Below are positions 11,901-24,100 of a DNA stretch of 64,000 nt, in pieces. The position numbers were made by a program, and so were the translations under genes. The notes under the pieces were generated by a model. That model was not told where the DNA came from. It did no database searches and was given only the letters and a program-made list of their open reading frames with translations. This DNA comes from Paraphysomonas bandaiensis (Eukaryota; Protista; Chrysophyceae), in assembly GCA_965644295.1 (NCBI GenBank), contig CBFFRP010000271.1, forward strand, positions 1-64,000, in the 5' to 3' direction. How positions within the stretch are numbered: position 1 is the first letter of the stretch; the number at the start of each line of letters is the position of its first letter.

Positions 11901-13433
11901 CTGTACCTTATAGAACGTGTTTTTAGCTCAACGTTATATTCGTAATCTTGTAGGTAGTGGTTCAGTAAAAAAGGTTTGTTTATGTTGGGAAAGTTTAAAT
12001 TGAACACGTAAACCTTAATTACTTTGTTGTACGAAACGTACTTTCAAGAAAGAAATAGAATAATTGGTTGCACACTATTTGCTCACTTCAATTGCACAAC
12101 ATAATATATGTCGTACATACAGCAGAACTCAACATAATGTGTTTTATAGTGTGTGTAAATACCAGCTATCGGGTTATTCTATATTACTCTGAGCTCTTTA
12201 TTGTATATGCTTATGTTTTTACATATTCTAGGTTTAAAACGATATAATTATCATGAATGTCGACTCTATGAATGAAGATCTACTGAATAAGATGATAGGC
12301 TTTCTATTGAAATATGCAATGATATAACAGAAACAGACAAAGAGATAACAGATAAGACTAGCAATGACGTAGAAGCAATGATGAGAACTATGATTGATGT
12401 TATCATTTACAGTAATTTCGTTGTACTTTACATTTAGCAGAGACCTAGAGTTAGAGATTCTGGTATCTCAAGAGTGGACAATAGACATACAGTATGTGCT
12501 TGTGGAGTATAGGCATGCAATGGTAGTGGAGTAGAGACATATCGTATGAGCTTGATTCAGTTATTGCAATAATACAGCAAATTTAAGGTCAATAAGTTAT
12601 GTTCTAAGTTTTAAGATACAAAATTCTAACTCAAGCTAAATTAAACGCATGCGTGATAGTTATAATTTCACAGTGTGGGAGATGGATGCACTGCCATTTC
12701 ATTATATCCAGTTACCAGACATTTCTATTGCTTGATTGCTATTATCATATATATATGTAGATGTCTTGCATGCATATCAATGTCATGATGAAGTCATTAC
12801 CTGGGCTATATTGATTGCAATATACGGCAATGTATAGTGAGCTACCTTAACAGTAACAATATTGATGAAAATTCAGTATATTGTTCCCTAGCTTCAGTTT
12901 CGAACATAATTAGCTTGTGGAATATCAGAGGAATAAAACCTACTGAACTGTATTTCTCCTTGAGCTATCTGGCAACAGATGTGAGTATCATATATCATAT
13001 ACAGGTATAGTACACACTTGACGTCAACAAAAACCGAGTCTACAAATGTCACTTTCACATGTGGAGATGATGTTTTCCTGTTAACTCACTTATTCCTCTA
13101 AAGCAGCAGAAGTTTTACATGAAAGTGCAACCTTCGGTGGTCAAGGGTAACCAATTCAGTTCATGGCCGGACAGTCACACTCATGCCACCATCGCAAAGC
13201 CTTGCATTATGAGGTGTAATGCAGCTGGGTCCATTTGTCTAGGTAATACTATCGTTTCTACTGAAGGTTATTCTACTTCTTACGACATAGTACGTAGTAT
13301 CTGCGTCTTATTAAGATTTGCTAAATTGTTACTGCCGTCTAACATAAATAAAACCCGACTTTTGTGAATGCATACCTTCAAAAATAGGTTAAAAATCAGT
13401 TTACTCACAGAGGTCTACGTACGGTACGACGAA

Positions 13434-15410
13434 CGAGATGTGGGAATTCGCTTTAGAGAACAAAAATATCACCATGTTGCCGACATAATTTCTACAGCAT
13501 GTATATATGCTTTTTGAAGCTTATGATAAGAACTTTCCAACCATATATGTAACTTTTAACAATATTCTATAGTTTTTAAGATAATCAATTTTTTAGGTTT
13601 TTATACATGCCCATAAAATTACGAAAATACAAAAAATAATTTTAAAAAGTAGCTGAAGTGCTAGTCAATGCTCTATACTATATGTATGCAACGTAATTTT
13701 AGCTAAAATTTAGTTTAAGGTACTTTGTTTTAAAAAGCGACCTCATGAAGCGGCTAAAAATCGAATAAATTTTAGCAACTAACTAGTTATATTTTTCACT
13801 ATACAACTAGTTCGAGAGCTTTATAGTGCGTATAAAGTAGTACTATTAGTATGTAGTTAGTTTAGGCACTATACTTATCATTAAAACTATGTAAAACTAA
13901 CTAAATGAAGTGAAAAACTAAAGCTAATTGAACTGTCTATTGTTACTTTTTATTCCAAGTAGTCGTCATTATCACCTTCTTGCCACACAGCACCTCATCG
14001 TCTCCCTTTACAACCAGATCGTCAACTTCTACATCAGCATCATCATCTTCGTACTTAGCTAAGTCTATAATATCAGAATACACACCCTACTCACGATATC
14101 TAACTTGTGATATTGCACGATCAATCTCATTCTTTGATTTCACTTAGTACTATATAAACACGAAGAAAACCCTCCAGTACATGTTTTCTTAAATCTGTCA
14201 TTGAACGCAAACCAACATACTTTCTAGCGACATACTGCTTTACATCCCTCCACAGTTGTAACTCAGGATGATACGGTGGAGTCCAATCATCGTCCACACA
14301 ATACTCAGACGCAGCATACCATATTCCTTCGTAATTGCGGTAAGTAACACCAGTCGTTCGCCTTTCCCTGACACTATTTCAGCAGCTGAGCCATATTCGT
14401 CGTCCTCGTGATACCATGTATACCCAAGGCTTCGGTTTCTATTAACGTCGATGTATACATACAAAAGCTGTTTGGGCTGTCCAATCCGAGTTGACGTAGT
14501 TCATGCGCTCGGTATATCTCGAATCAAAACTGCAATGAGGATGTTTAGTACCTTTGCTATCAACCCAATCTTTCCATAGGCTGTATAGCGTACTAACACC
14601 AATACCTAGGTATCCGCTTGCGCGATTCATCACCTCAGTTATACTCCTCACTTGGTCGCCAAAATAGTAGTCATGACGCATGTCACCAAATTAACCTCAA
14701 CGACATACTTATATCATCCATAGACAAAGTAGTATCACTGCAGCGACTAATGGGGCATGTAAATTCCAATGGGTCAGCCTTTGGCTCAGATGGAGTGAAG
14801 ATAGGGGCAGCATAGCGATGGGGTCTGTAGGGTTCTTACAGGCGGTCTCGGGTGTAATTTTAGGGTTCAAATCACCTAAACGATTGCGTCGATGAATCTC
14901 CTGCAATATTTTGGCCTTATTCTTTGATTATGTGGGTCTACTTTGCTTAATTCGAGGTGTAGTGGTCTCATTTACCACTATGTCTCCATCAGCCTCAGAG
15001 TCATCTTCAAGGGACTTCTTTCACAAAATAATTTTTTCCTCGACATCTAGGAGTGCCTGAGAGTAACGGAGGGTATGGTCAGGTAGCCGAGAGCATGCTC
15101 TACGATGTTATGCTATTTGGGGTCGTATGGCTTCAAGCTGAATATATTCTGCAGGTGGGAAGATCGTCCTCGAGTTTATTTGTTGCTCCAAAAACAACAT
15201 TTTTCATTTTTGAGTGCCCATATCTCACGACTCAGACATCATCACCATAGTCCAATACATATAATGAAATGTTCAGCATTTAATGAACTATTTCGTGTTG
15301 AAACCGCAGTATTTCGATTGCTAAAATGAAAAAGTTATGGAATTAAACATAAAAGACACTTTTTCGCGATTTTTTTCATGATTTTCTCTACAGCGAGTTC
15401 CCACATCTCG
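13434..15410 (-). mobile_element. Degraded IS630-Tc1-mariner DNA transposon with terminal inverted repeats
   Basis: TIRs of about 27 bp: cgagatgtgggaattcgctttagagaa (13434) vs the reverse complement of ttctctacagcgagttcccacatctcg (to 15410), 2 mismatches. TA follows the right end. Internal broken ORF pieces VYID.. and SGKGERLVLLTAITKEYG resemble DDE transposases of this superfamily. Confidence 0.75.
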
Positions 15411-15632
15411 TAGCAGTACTTAGTAAACTGAAAATAAAGTGGCTGCTGTAGATATGTTTCAGTATTCCCGGGCCGGTGGTGGATATAGGTGGAGTGAATA
15501 AGGGCCGAGTGAGTTTAGTTTTCTGCTAGCACAAACTGCATAGGCTAGAATTACAAATAACTCCTGACTGCTGCCTTTGTTTTGCGATAAAGTGCTCGTG
15601 AAACAAAGTTTACTAATACTTAATTTGTAATC

Positions 15633-16205
15633 ATGGTATGCTTGATTGGTGTTTGTGGGTAGTTATTTTCTAAATGGAATTAATGTGCAGTTCATCTCAA
15701 AGAAAAACCGCATTGCGGTTTACTCCTACCTTTTCAAAGGTAAAGTGAAAGTATTGTTGCGTGTAGATGTGTATTAATATATATTTAGAGGGAACTCTTG
15801 TTGCTAAGAAGGACTACTGGTTGGGTGACCACTCTGAGGACATCCCTGTCAACAACCTTGAGGTGCTAAGTCTCATGAAGTCTTTCACCTCAAAGGGATA
15901 CACTAAGGAGACTTTCAACTGGCAGTACTACTATTATTATTTGACCAACGAAGGCATTGCGTACTTGAGAGAGTACCTTGCTCTCCCGTCTGATATTGTT
16001 CCTGCTACACTCAAGTCTGCTGCTCCCAAGCCCGGTCGTGGTGAGTGAGAGGTGTGACGAAGTTGTTTTGTTACTAATTACGTATTTCACAGACGGAATT
16101 GAAGGAGGTAAGGACAAGGGGTTCGCTGGGGGGGATTTCAACCCAGAGTTTTCTGGAGAGGGGGGGTTCGGTAGAGGACGCCGAAATGACGGGTACAGAG
16201 CATAA
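15633..16205 (+). CDS. RPS10: 40S ribosomal protein S10 (eS10), 4 exons: 15633-15635, 15691-15739, 15789-16040, 16093-16205
   Basis: Spliced product M-FISKKNRIAVYSYLFKEGTLVAKKD..NLEVLSLMKSFTSKGYTKETFNWQYYYYYLTNEGIAYLREYLALPSDIVPATLK..GGFGRG. All introns are GT-AG, 49-55 nt. Confidence 0.97.
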
Positions 16206-17249
16206 GAACTAGCATATTTTTCTGCCTTGTCCTGTGTATTTATGAAGTAAGGGTATTAATCAGTCAGGAGAAATAATTAGGATCACGATATTTTGGTGTT
16301 GATACTACGCCTTTTTCAAATAAAGGTTTCTATAGTTATTGCCAAACTTTTGATGAGAACAACATCGGTTACGTTTTATTAGTAATATTTACAACGAGTA
16401 ATATTGTAAAGTATGTAGCGAGTAGTTTTACTTTAGCATATAATATTAAGAGTACTATAATAAAGGATTTTGCCTACTGTTGCGATTGCCTATGCTATAT
16501 GCGTTCACTACTTACAGGAGCATTACGTTATTACTAGCACATTTTCTTCATTTCTTTACTATCTGAACTCATATTACTTCTTCTAAGACACCTGTTCTGG
16601 TGTCACGACAAGGTATGTCTGGCAATTAGGACTATTGACTTTAGGTCATTTTATACAATAGATCGTTAAGAACTGTTATTTAGGTCGTAATGTCGTCACA
16701 CTAGCTAGATAAATTATTTTTATTGCATAGAAATTGTGCGTTGTCATGTAAAACATAATATCAACAGCATAATTTATATTTTTTTATGTCAACCACAGAT
16801 CAAAACTTCCATATCTTGAATCGTCATTATACTTTAGTTTGTTGAGTTCTGCTATATGAGAGCAATTGAAGGTATTTAAGTTATAACCGTTTCGAGTAGT
16901 ATACAGTTGTGTTAATTGTACTATGAGAATAAATGACAATAAGAATATAGAGTAGTGAAACGTAATATAGTTAGTAAAATCGTACGAGCAATAAGAGGTA
17001 GTAGAGATAACATGAAATTGGTGAATTATAAGAGATATTGATGATTATAATTTATAATTCTCAGTATTGAGTATAAGAAGTGTACCTTCAGTTGTTAAGT
17101 TAACACTTTTAATAAAATATCTAACTTTGATAAAGCTTCACAGTTATAGCTATATAATATTTTTGACTACGTATTACTGTTTTAACATTAACATTATTGC
17201 ATTATTGACTACGTATTCTACTGTTCTATCTTAGAGAAACATACTTATT

Positions 17250-18390
17250 CCAACAATCCCGCTCAATTTAAAAACGAGTAATCGTAATTGTACTGCAGCT
17301 ATATATTTCATCTAAATCTAGTCATATTATAGGATAAATAGTTGTGAAATAATCTTCATAAAGATACTGTGAACCTCACGCTTGCTGTGTATCACAGTTT
17401 TGTGGAATCCATACCGATTAAAGCACGCCCAAACCTCTCCTTGAGCGTTTCTTCTGATTCTCCTCTACTTCATTTGAAATTCTCCTCTTTCCCCCTGGAA
17501 TCATTTTTGTGTAATTTAAACAGCTTATATGATAGCGCTTTCGTAAGTATGTCGGCAGCCATGTCTTTTGTTCATACGACATGTAACACCCTGGCTGTTA
17601 GAAACTTGCTCACGACGTACCCAATGACACTTTATCTGAATGTGCTTAGATCGTTTGTTGTGGTAGACTGGGTTTTCGGACATATCTATAATGCAATCTT
17701 TCTGTTCACAAGGAATGTGTGTTGACTGCGTCGATGCTTCCTAGCTCTCGTAACAGCCCCCGTAGCCACGAGTGCTACTAGTCTTTTTTGCATTTCTGTA
17801 TTTTGCCTGATATGTGTCACGTTTCAAATTATGAACATAATATATATTATGTACGGCTCACAACCATCAATACTCCGCTGTGTATAGTAGCGCCAGTATC
17901 TCTGTTCTTCTGAATGTCCTCCAGTCCTCCACTTGAAGCGACCTCTCTGTTTTTTATAGATGTTTGGTTCACGAACAGAATCACTCGTAGTACGTTTTCT
18001 TCTGAACACATGAGATTTACATCGGCATCGACTAATACTTATTATAATATCTCCGCTAGCACAGCGGCATTAGCTATCTTTCTCCGGAGGCGCTTTCGTA
18101 TCTCCGTGTCTCCCGTAGATACTCTCTGCGAATTGATACTGTTAATACGTTCTAATACATTATTATATTATCCTCTACGATGACTCCCTCCTGTCTCTCA
18201 ACCACTCTAGTAGTTTTGTATCGTCAACGTAATAAGTCTTTATCTCAGCTGCCTATAATTACTGACGGTTTAAGGCTTCTGTGCTGTGTGAGTACTCGTA
18301 GCTCATCAATTTCTAAAATATATTCCTGAGAACAAGAAGAAATTTTCTCGTCCGTTAGAACAACATGTTGTACAGAAGTGACTACATACG
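17250..18390 (-). mobile_element. Degraded Ty1/copia pol relic (RNase H end); a partial second copy lies at 30088-30983
   Basis: Minus strand reads ..IDMSENPVYH..KRSKHIQIK.. and ..KDMAADILTKALSYKLF.., the typical copia RNase H C-terminus. A PPT-like GAGCGGGA followed by TGTTGG lies near 17255. Confidence 0.7.
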
Positions 18391-18434
18391 CCTTTTCCTG
18401 GTGTTTTGGGGGATAAGTACCGGAGATAAACTAA
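17495..18434. repeat. Left copy (first part) of a 1,330-bp direct duplication; it continues at 26489-26878 after the gypsy insertion
   Basis: Identical by eye to 30088-31027; the ORF track also gives identical translations. Confidence 0.92.
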
Positions 18435-19780
18435 TGTAAACCTGTGCAGGTTTAAAGCAGGTTTATAATCATCAGCACTATCTTCTATTTTATATGCTGG
18501 GCTGTGATATATAATTCTTTTGAAGAGTTATTATTATTACAGTTTGGATGTATACATATATATGCGTACATACTAACCTAGTTTCTCTCTTTCACCCACA
18601 CATATATGTATAGGTTGTGACCCTTCTACAGAATATATATATATGTTGTATCCTTACCCTAATATATGGTATATATGTGTACATGGCTCTATATTCAACC
18701 AGTGGCCTGTAAATGCACATATGTAGCTTCTACAATCACCTATAGTACGTAAACAGTGTACACGTGCTTTTCCTGCAATCAGTGGATGTGTCTGCGGCTT
18801 CTTTACCGTTATTATATGCCTCTGTGTGGTTCATATATCCATTTCCAATTACTGGTGGCTGAGGGTTGCCATAGACCGCCTCTGTCTGGAAGAAGGACCT
18901 GTATATCACCTGTCATGACTGTACGTACTGATTACATGATTTTACGGTACCTTCCATTCGATCATCACACTGTGTGGACCCTCGTACTGATGCTGCACAG
19001 TCAATATACTATATCGCCTCGTACTCTATATCGGCAATTGAAGAAGCAGTGGTCGTTAGCGAGTACAATGGTAATGCATCTCTGGACATATTGTTCAATT
19101 TTCACGATAATCTGCTCGCTTATAAGTATGTTCGGTATGTGTGCTGCAATCACATTAAGATGGCAGTTAGGAGCGAGCTGCATCTCCTCTCAGCAACCGC
19201 ACTGTATACCGTATACACTGTATATGATGTATTTGCAGTATTCCTCTATCGTATGTATGCGTCTATATCACTCGTAGGTATACAGTATCAGTATACTGTA
19301 CCCTACACTGTATAAATACAGGAAGCGAATACTGAACCAATGCTTTCCCTATTCTCAATGCTGATTGGTCGAGTGCCCATTATCGTTTAGATGAGCAGCA
19401 GTTGAGAGTGTATACGGCAGAGTCCATACATTAATGTGTAGAGTATGAAGAAGAAGAATTCTCCAAGAATATTCATAAATATCGTCACTCCTTCGCAGAA
19501 AATTTGGATTTAGTCACTGTGTGGCTGTCAACGCCCAAGCGCATCGTCATTCTTTTTAGTTAAGCTTGTTCTCTCTTTGTTGGTTGTTGTAGCTCGTCAC
19601 TTTTCTGTTTAGTACTGAACTGCATAGCTGGTGAGTTGTGCTTTAGTTTCTTGGGGTGCCGAGAAGCATTTAGTACTGCAGAAGTAGTATAGGTTAATAA
19701 TAAGCAACATTCTCTCTCTTAAAGCGAGTTTTAGCTTATTTAGAGTTTGGCTCTCAGGTCCCAACCTGAGTTCCATTGCA
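18435..19780 (+). repeat. 5' LTR of the gypsy element
   Basis: TG...CA termini. Only two differences seen from the 3' LTR (19424 C vs 26128 T; 19470 T vs 26174 C). Confidence 0.95.
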
Positions 19781-19821
19781 GTAAATTTACTTGGGTTAAA
19801 AGCCGGAAAATATTGTTAACA

Positions 19822-21192
19822 ATGGAAATTGACGAAGAAGACACTATAAAGACTCTTTTACAGTCTTTGGTTGTGAAAATGGACTTACAAGCGGATAGAT
19901 CTGCCGCACTCGAATCTAGACTCAGTATTTTGGAGGGCGAGCGCACTCTTGATAAAGATGATGAAAGGGATGATGGATCGCATGTTTCAGCAAGAGAAAG
20001 ACAATCAAGAAAGACACGATTCCAGAAAGACCTTGAAGATGTTTCTGCTGCAGAAGAGAAGCGAATGGTAGTGATCAACATGCCACCGCCAGACTTCAAG
20101 CACATATTCCTAGACTCTACTGACCTAGCGGATTTCTCCAATTTCTTGATTCAGTGGATGGAATGGGAGAGCACTTACAGCCTCAAACTAGAACCTCCAC
20201 GGATATTGTCAAAGCGACTACGAAGTTTGCTGATGCATAACCATGAAGTGTCTGAAGCAGATTTCTACAAGATGACTCCCACTGATTTCATGAAGCTAAT
20301 GGCCAAGGAGACCAAAGTCATGTCAAAGCGTGAGTTTGGGGATACCATGAGGCATGCACTTCGCTATATGAAGCCTCTAAATTGGGAAAAAGTTAATCCA
20401 GCGAATCACCAGCGATTCTATCAAGGTATCCTTAGGAGGAAGGATCTCTTTACGAAGGTTTTCCAAATATTGATGGAGAACAATAAAGAGTATTGTCCGG
20501 AGCTTAAGGGTAAGAAATATGGGCTGGCTCAAATATTTCTGGACCTCATTGCTCAAACTTACAATGAAAGCATTCTTGCGGAGATACCTGAGATAAATAG
20601 ATCTAATTACGTCAAGATCGATGATTTCATAGAAAAGTATGTAGAACAAGCGAAACACCACTATGAAGTAGCGTGCGGTATGAAACGGGTGCCTTATGTG
20701 GGTTCACAGTTCAGGAGTATCGACTCAACATCCAACGAAAGGGATCATTCAACCAAGAATGTGCAAAGGAAGGAAAGTGACAACAAACAAGGACTCAACA
20801 ACATGCATTACCACAATCAGGACGCAATGGATGGGGATGACGAAGAACTTGAGATTTCACCAGTGGTTGAAGTACCGGAGGAGTCTGATCTGGAGGCAAC
20901 TGATGAAGATGACGGTGATCTTCAAAGGAAAATGGATGATTTGCAACCTTGTTCGTCACATGATGAGACTGAGATGCGTCTATTGGCTATACCAGGAGAC
21001 AAGATGATCACCAGGGGATGTATCAATTTTGCAGTCTACGGTAATTGCTTCAAGGGCAGTGAATGCAGAAATGCGAAAGGTCATAATGAGGCATCAGCTA
21101 AAGAGACCAGGCAATGGTTAATGAAGAAGTTGGCCACGATTGAGAGAGAAGGATACCCCAAGGTCCTGAAGCGGGACCAGACCAGAGCCTGA
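19822..21192 (+). CDS. gag: Gag of the gypsy element with a C-terminal CCCH-type zinc finger
   Basis: First ATG after the 5' LTR is at 19822. Coiled-coil-like N-terminus, acidic linker, then C-x8-C-x5-C-x5-H at 21019-21084. Confidence 0.85.
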   Translation: MEIDEEDTIKTLLQSLVVKMDLQADRSAALESRLSILEGERTLDKDDERDDGSHVSARERQSRKTRFQKDLEDVSAAEEKRMVVINMPPPDFKHIFLDSTDLADFSNFLIQWMEWESTYSLKLEPPRILSKRLRSLLMHNHEVSEADFYKMTPTDFMKLMAKETKVMSKREFGDTMRHALRYMKPLNWEKVNPANHQRFYQGILRRKDLFTKVFQILMENNKEYCPELKGKKYGLAQIFLDLIAQTYNESILAEIPEINRSNYVKIDDFIEKYVEQAKHHYEVACGMKRVPYVGSQFRSIDSTSNERDHSTKNVQRKESDNKQGLNNMHYHNQDAMDGDDEELEISPVVEVPEESDLEATDEDDGDLQRKMDDLQPCSSHDETEMRLLAIPGDKMITRGCINFAVYGNCFKGSECRNAKGHNEASAKETRQWLMKKLATIEREGYPKVLKRDQTRA

Positions 21193-24100
21193 CTGGTAGG
21201 AGGCGTCTCCGGCACTCACCAGGATAATGAAAACATACTTGCGAACCCTGATGAGTCGAAGATGCCTCCACATGAGTTATGTGCCATTGTGGGGGATTTG
21301 GTGAGAAATTTTCAAGCTACCCCGGACATGGTGCATTTTAATGGACAGCTGTTAAGCAGCAATTTTGATAATAATGGTGTAATGTCAGGTAATATTAGAG
21401 TTCTGTTCGACACTGGAGCCCTGTGTGCGAATTACATCAGTAAGAGAATTTTTGAAAAAATAAGAGAACAACTAGAGAACAAGAGAATTATTAAAAAGAA
21501 TTTGAAGATCGGGCTGGCTGACAACAAGACAAGACTTGAAAGTGATACAACAATCCAATTAGACATGAAGATATCGAGTGAACAGCAAGATATTATATAC
21601 TCCGGAGATTTCGTTGTCCTTGAGATGCTACAAAACGAAGTCATCATAGGTATGCCGGCGATTCTTGGAGAACTATGGCAGTTCTTTAAATCAGAAGTTG
21701 AGGCAGTTAGGACCGAGAATATGCATTTACCAGAGTTGCAGACTTTGCATGTGTCAGACGTCGAACAATACCTACAGCCGTGGAGTTTTTCATCAGCAGA
21801 AGAAGCTTCTGAAGAAAAGGATAACCCTCTGCCTACGAGTTTTGGGGATGTGTCACTATTTCTGGGTAAATCGCGAGAAGATGCAATCAGTGAGTTTATA
21901 AGTATGTTCGAGGACCATATTGACCCTGAATTTCGAAAATCCACTAAAGTTGAAGAACTTCTACGTGGGAAAGGCGTGAATGCTTTTGTACCGGAGAAGT
22001 GGACAGGTATGAAGGGGATCGAGCCATTGGATATAAAATTTAGAGAGGATCTACCCCACCGACTGAAACCAAAGGCACGACCTATCAATCCTAGGCTCTA
22101 TGAGGCTACTGAACAAGAGTTTATGCGTCTGAGAGGGTATATTTACGTAAAAAGTTCATCACCCTGGGCTTCATGTCTCACAGTGGCCCCTAAGGCGACT
22201 AAGCCGTTTATCAGACTATGTGGTGACTATCGAATCATCAATAAATATATGGAGATCCCACATTACTATATTCCGAATGTGCGTCATCAGCTGGATCGTA
22301 TTATTGAGTATGAAATCTTCCTAGACATTGATCTAACGAACGCATTCCACCAGATACCCGTGACTGAGCAAACCTCGGCCAAACTATCGATTCAGACCCC
22401 ATGGGGTCAATTCCAGCCGTTATATGTTCCTGAGGGTATAGGACCGGGCAGTGGAAAGCTTCAACAAACTATTATGGAATTATTTGGTGATTTTGACTGG
22501 GCTATATGTCTGTTCGACAACGTTTTAATATTGGCAAAGGATTATGATGATGCGTATAGGAAGCTCGACTTGTTCCTTGATCGTTGCATTGAACACAGCG
22601 TTGTATTGAAATTTGCTAAGACATGGTTAGGGAAAAGAGAAGTTCATTTTTTGGTTACAATTGCAGACATCATTCTTATGAGTTGACCAATGATAGGAAG
22701 GAAGCTATTTTGAAAATTCCTTTTCCGGAGAGTGGGAATCGTCAGAAAAAGGTGAGGTCAATGCTGGGTATGGGTGTGTTCTTTGCGCCATTTGTTGAGA
22801 ACTACAAGGACAAGGTGAAGCATTTGACGGACCTTACAAAGCAAGATTTTAATTGGGACGAAACCACGTGGAAAATAGATTATAGGCAGGAATGGGAGGA
22901 CTATAAAACTGGACTTCAAGAGGCTTGTTCAGTCTTTTACCCAGACTACGAATTGGAGTGGTTCTTGCGTACGGATGCTAGTGAGTTCGGTATTGGAGCA
23001 GTCCTATTCCAAGTAAAACGCCTCGAAAATGGTGAAGTTTTATACCAAGTTATAGCCATGTGTTCAAAGAAATTTTCACCTGAAGCTATGAGATGGTCAA
23101 CAATTGAGCAAGAAGGATATGCCATCTTTTATGCGGTGAGACATTTTGCGTATTACCTGATTGGGAAACACTTCATCGTCCAGACAGACCATAACAATCT
23201 AAGATGGATGGAGGCGTCAGAAGTGCCGAAAATAGTCAGATGGAGAGTTTATCTACAATCGTTTGATTTTGTTGTACAACATATCAGTGGAAGAGAAAAT
23301 ACTGTGGCCGACGCCCTATCGCGTTTATTTATGATCTCCATGGATGATTCGGATCATGATAGAACAATGGGTGAAGAGGATAGTGATGATGATTGGACAT
23401 TCCACGCCCTCATGAACGTATTCGACCTAACTGATATATCAGAGACAGCCCCTGAGCCTGTATCTAGATTAAGGGCCCAGGAACTTATGGAGGAAGTACA
23501 TAATGCCCAATCAGGCCACTGGGGAGCTAAAGAGATGTGGAATCGGCTGAATAAACTGTGTCCTGGGCATCAGATTCCATATAAAGAAATAGCAGACTTT
23601 GTGAGTTCGTGTGCGTGCTGTGAGAAAACACGGAGAGAGCGTAAAAACCGTTTAATTAAGATCCCTAGAACACTGAAACCCCCACATGCGAGAAGTGTCA
23701 TTGGAATAGATGCTGTGAAGATAACACCAGCAGGGAAGAACGGTGAATCACATATCCTGGTCATTGTTAATTTGTTCAGCAAACATGCATTTCTCAGAGC
23801 GATAATAGGCGTTACAGCGAAAAATTTAGCTGCTTCTGTGTGGATATATTGGAGCAATTTTGGACATACTGACATGATTATCTCAGATTTGGGTACTGAC
23901 CTTACCTCGAAGTTATTCGCAGAGTTAGTTCAGCTCATGGGAATGCGCCATGTGTTTAGCATTGCAGATAAACATGCTAACGGTACAGAGAGGCCAATAA
24001 AGGAAGTGGTGCGGCATTTGCGAGCACTAGTATTTGACACAAGGATCCAAGATATCTTCGATGATGTTACAAAGATTCCTTCCGTACAATACATTCTCAA

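Noticed and set aside
10460-13370. Possible decayed genes or transposases with intron-like signals (e.g. LSYLAT near 12960)
   Set aside because: Too fragmented by stops to assign a product.
18756-19315. 173-aa and 113-aa ORFs inside the gypsy LTRs (also 25460-26019)
   Set aside because: GTG starts and no recognisable motifs; they are duplicated only because the LTR is. A captured gene fragment cannot be fully excluded.
22623-22686. Programmed ribosomal frameshift within gypsy pol
   Set aside because: It falls inside the RT domain at a T homopolymer, where a 1-nt deletion or sequencing error is the simpler explanation.
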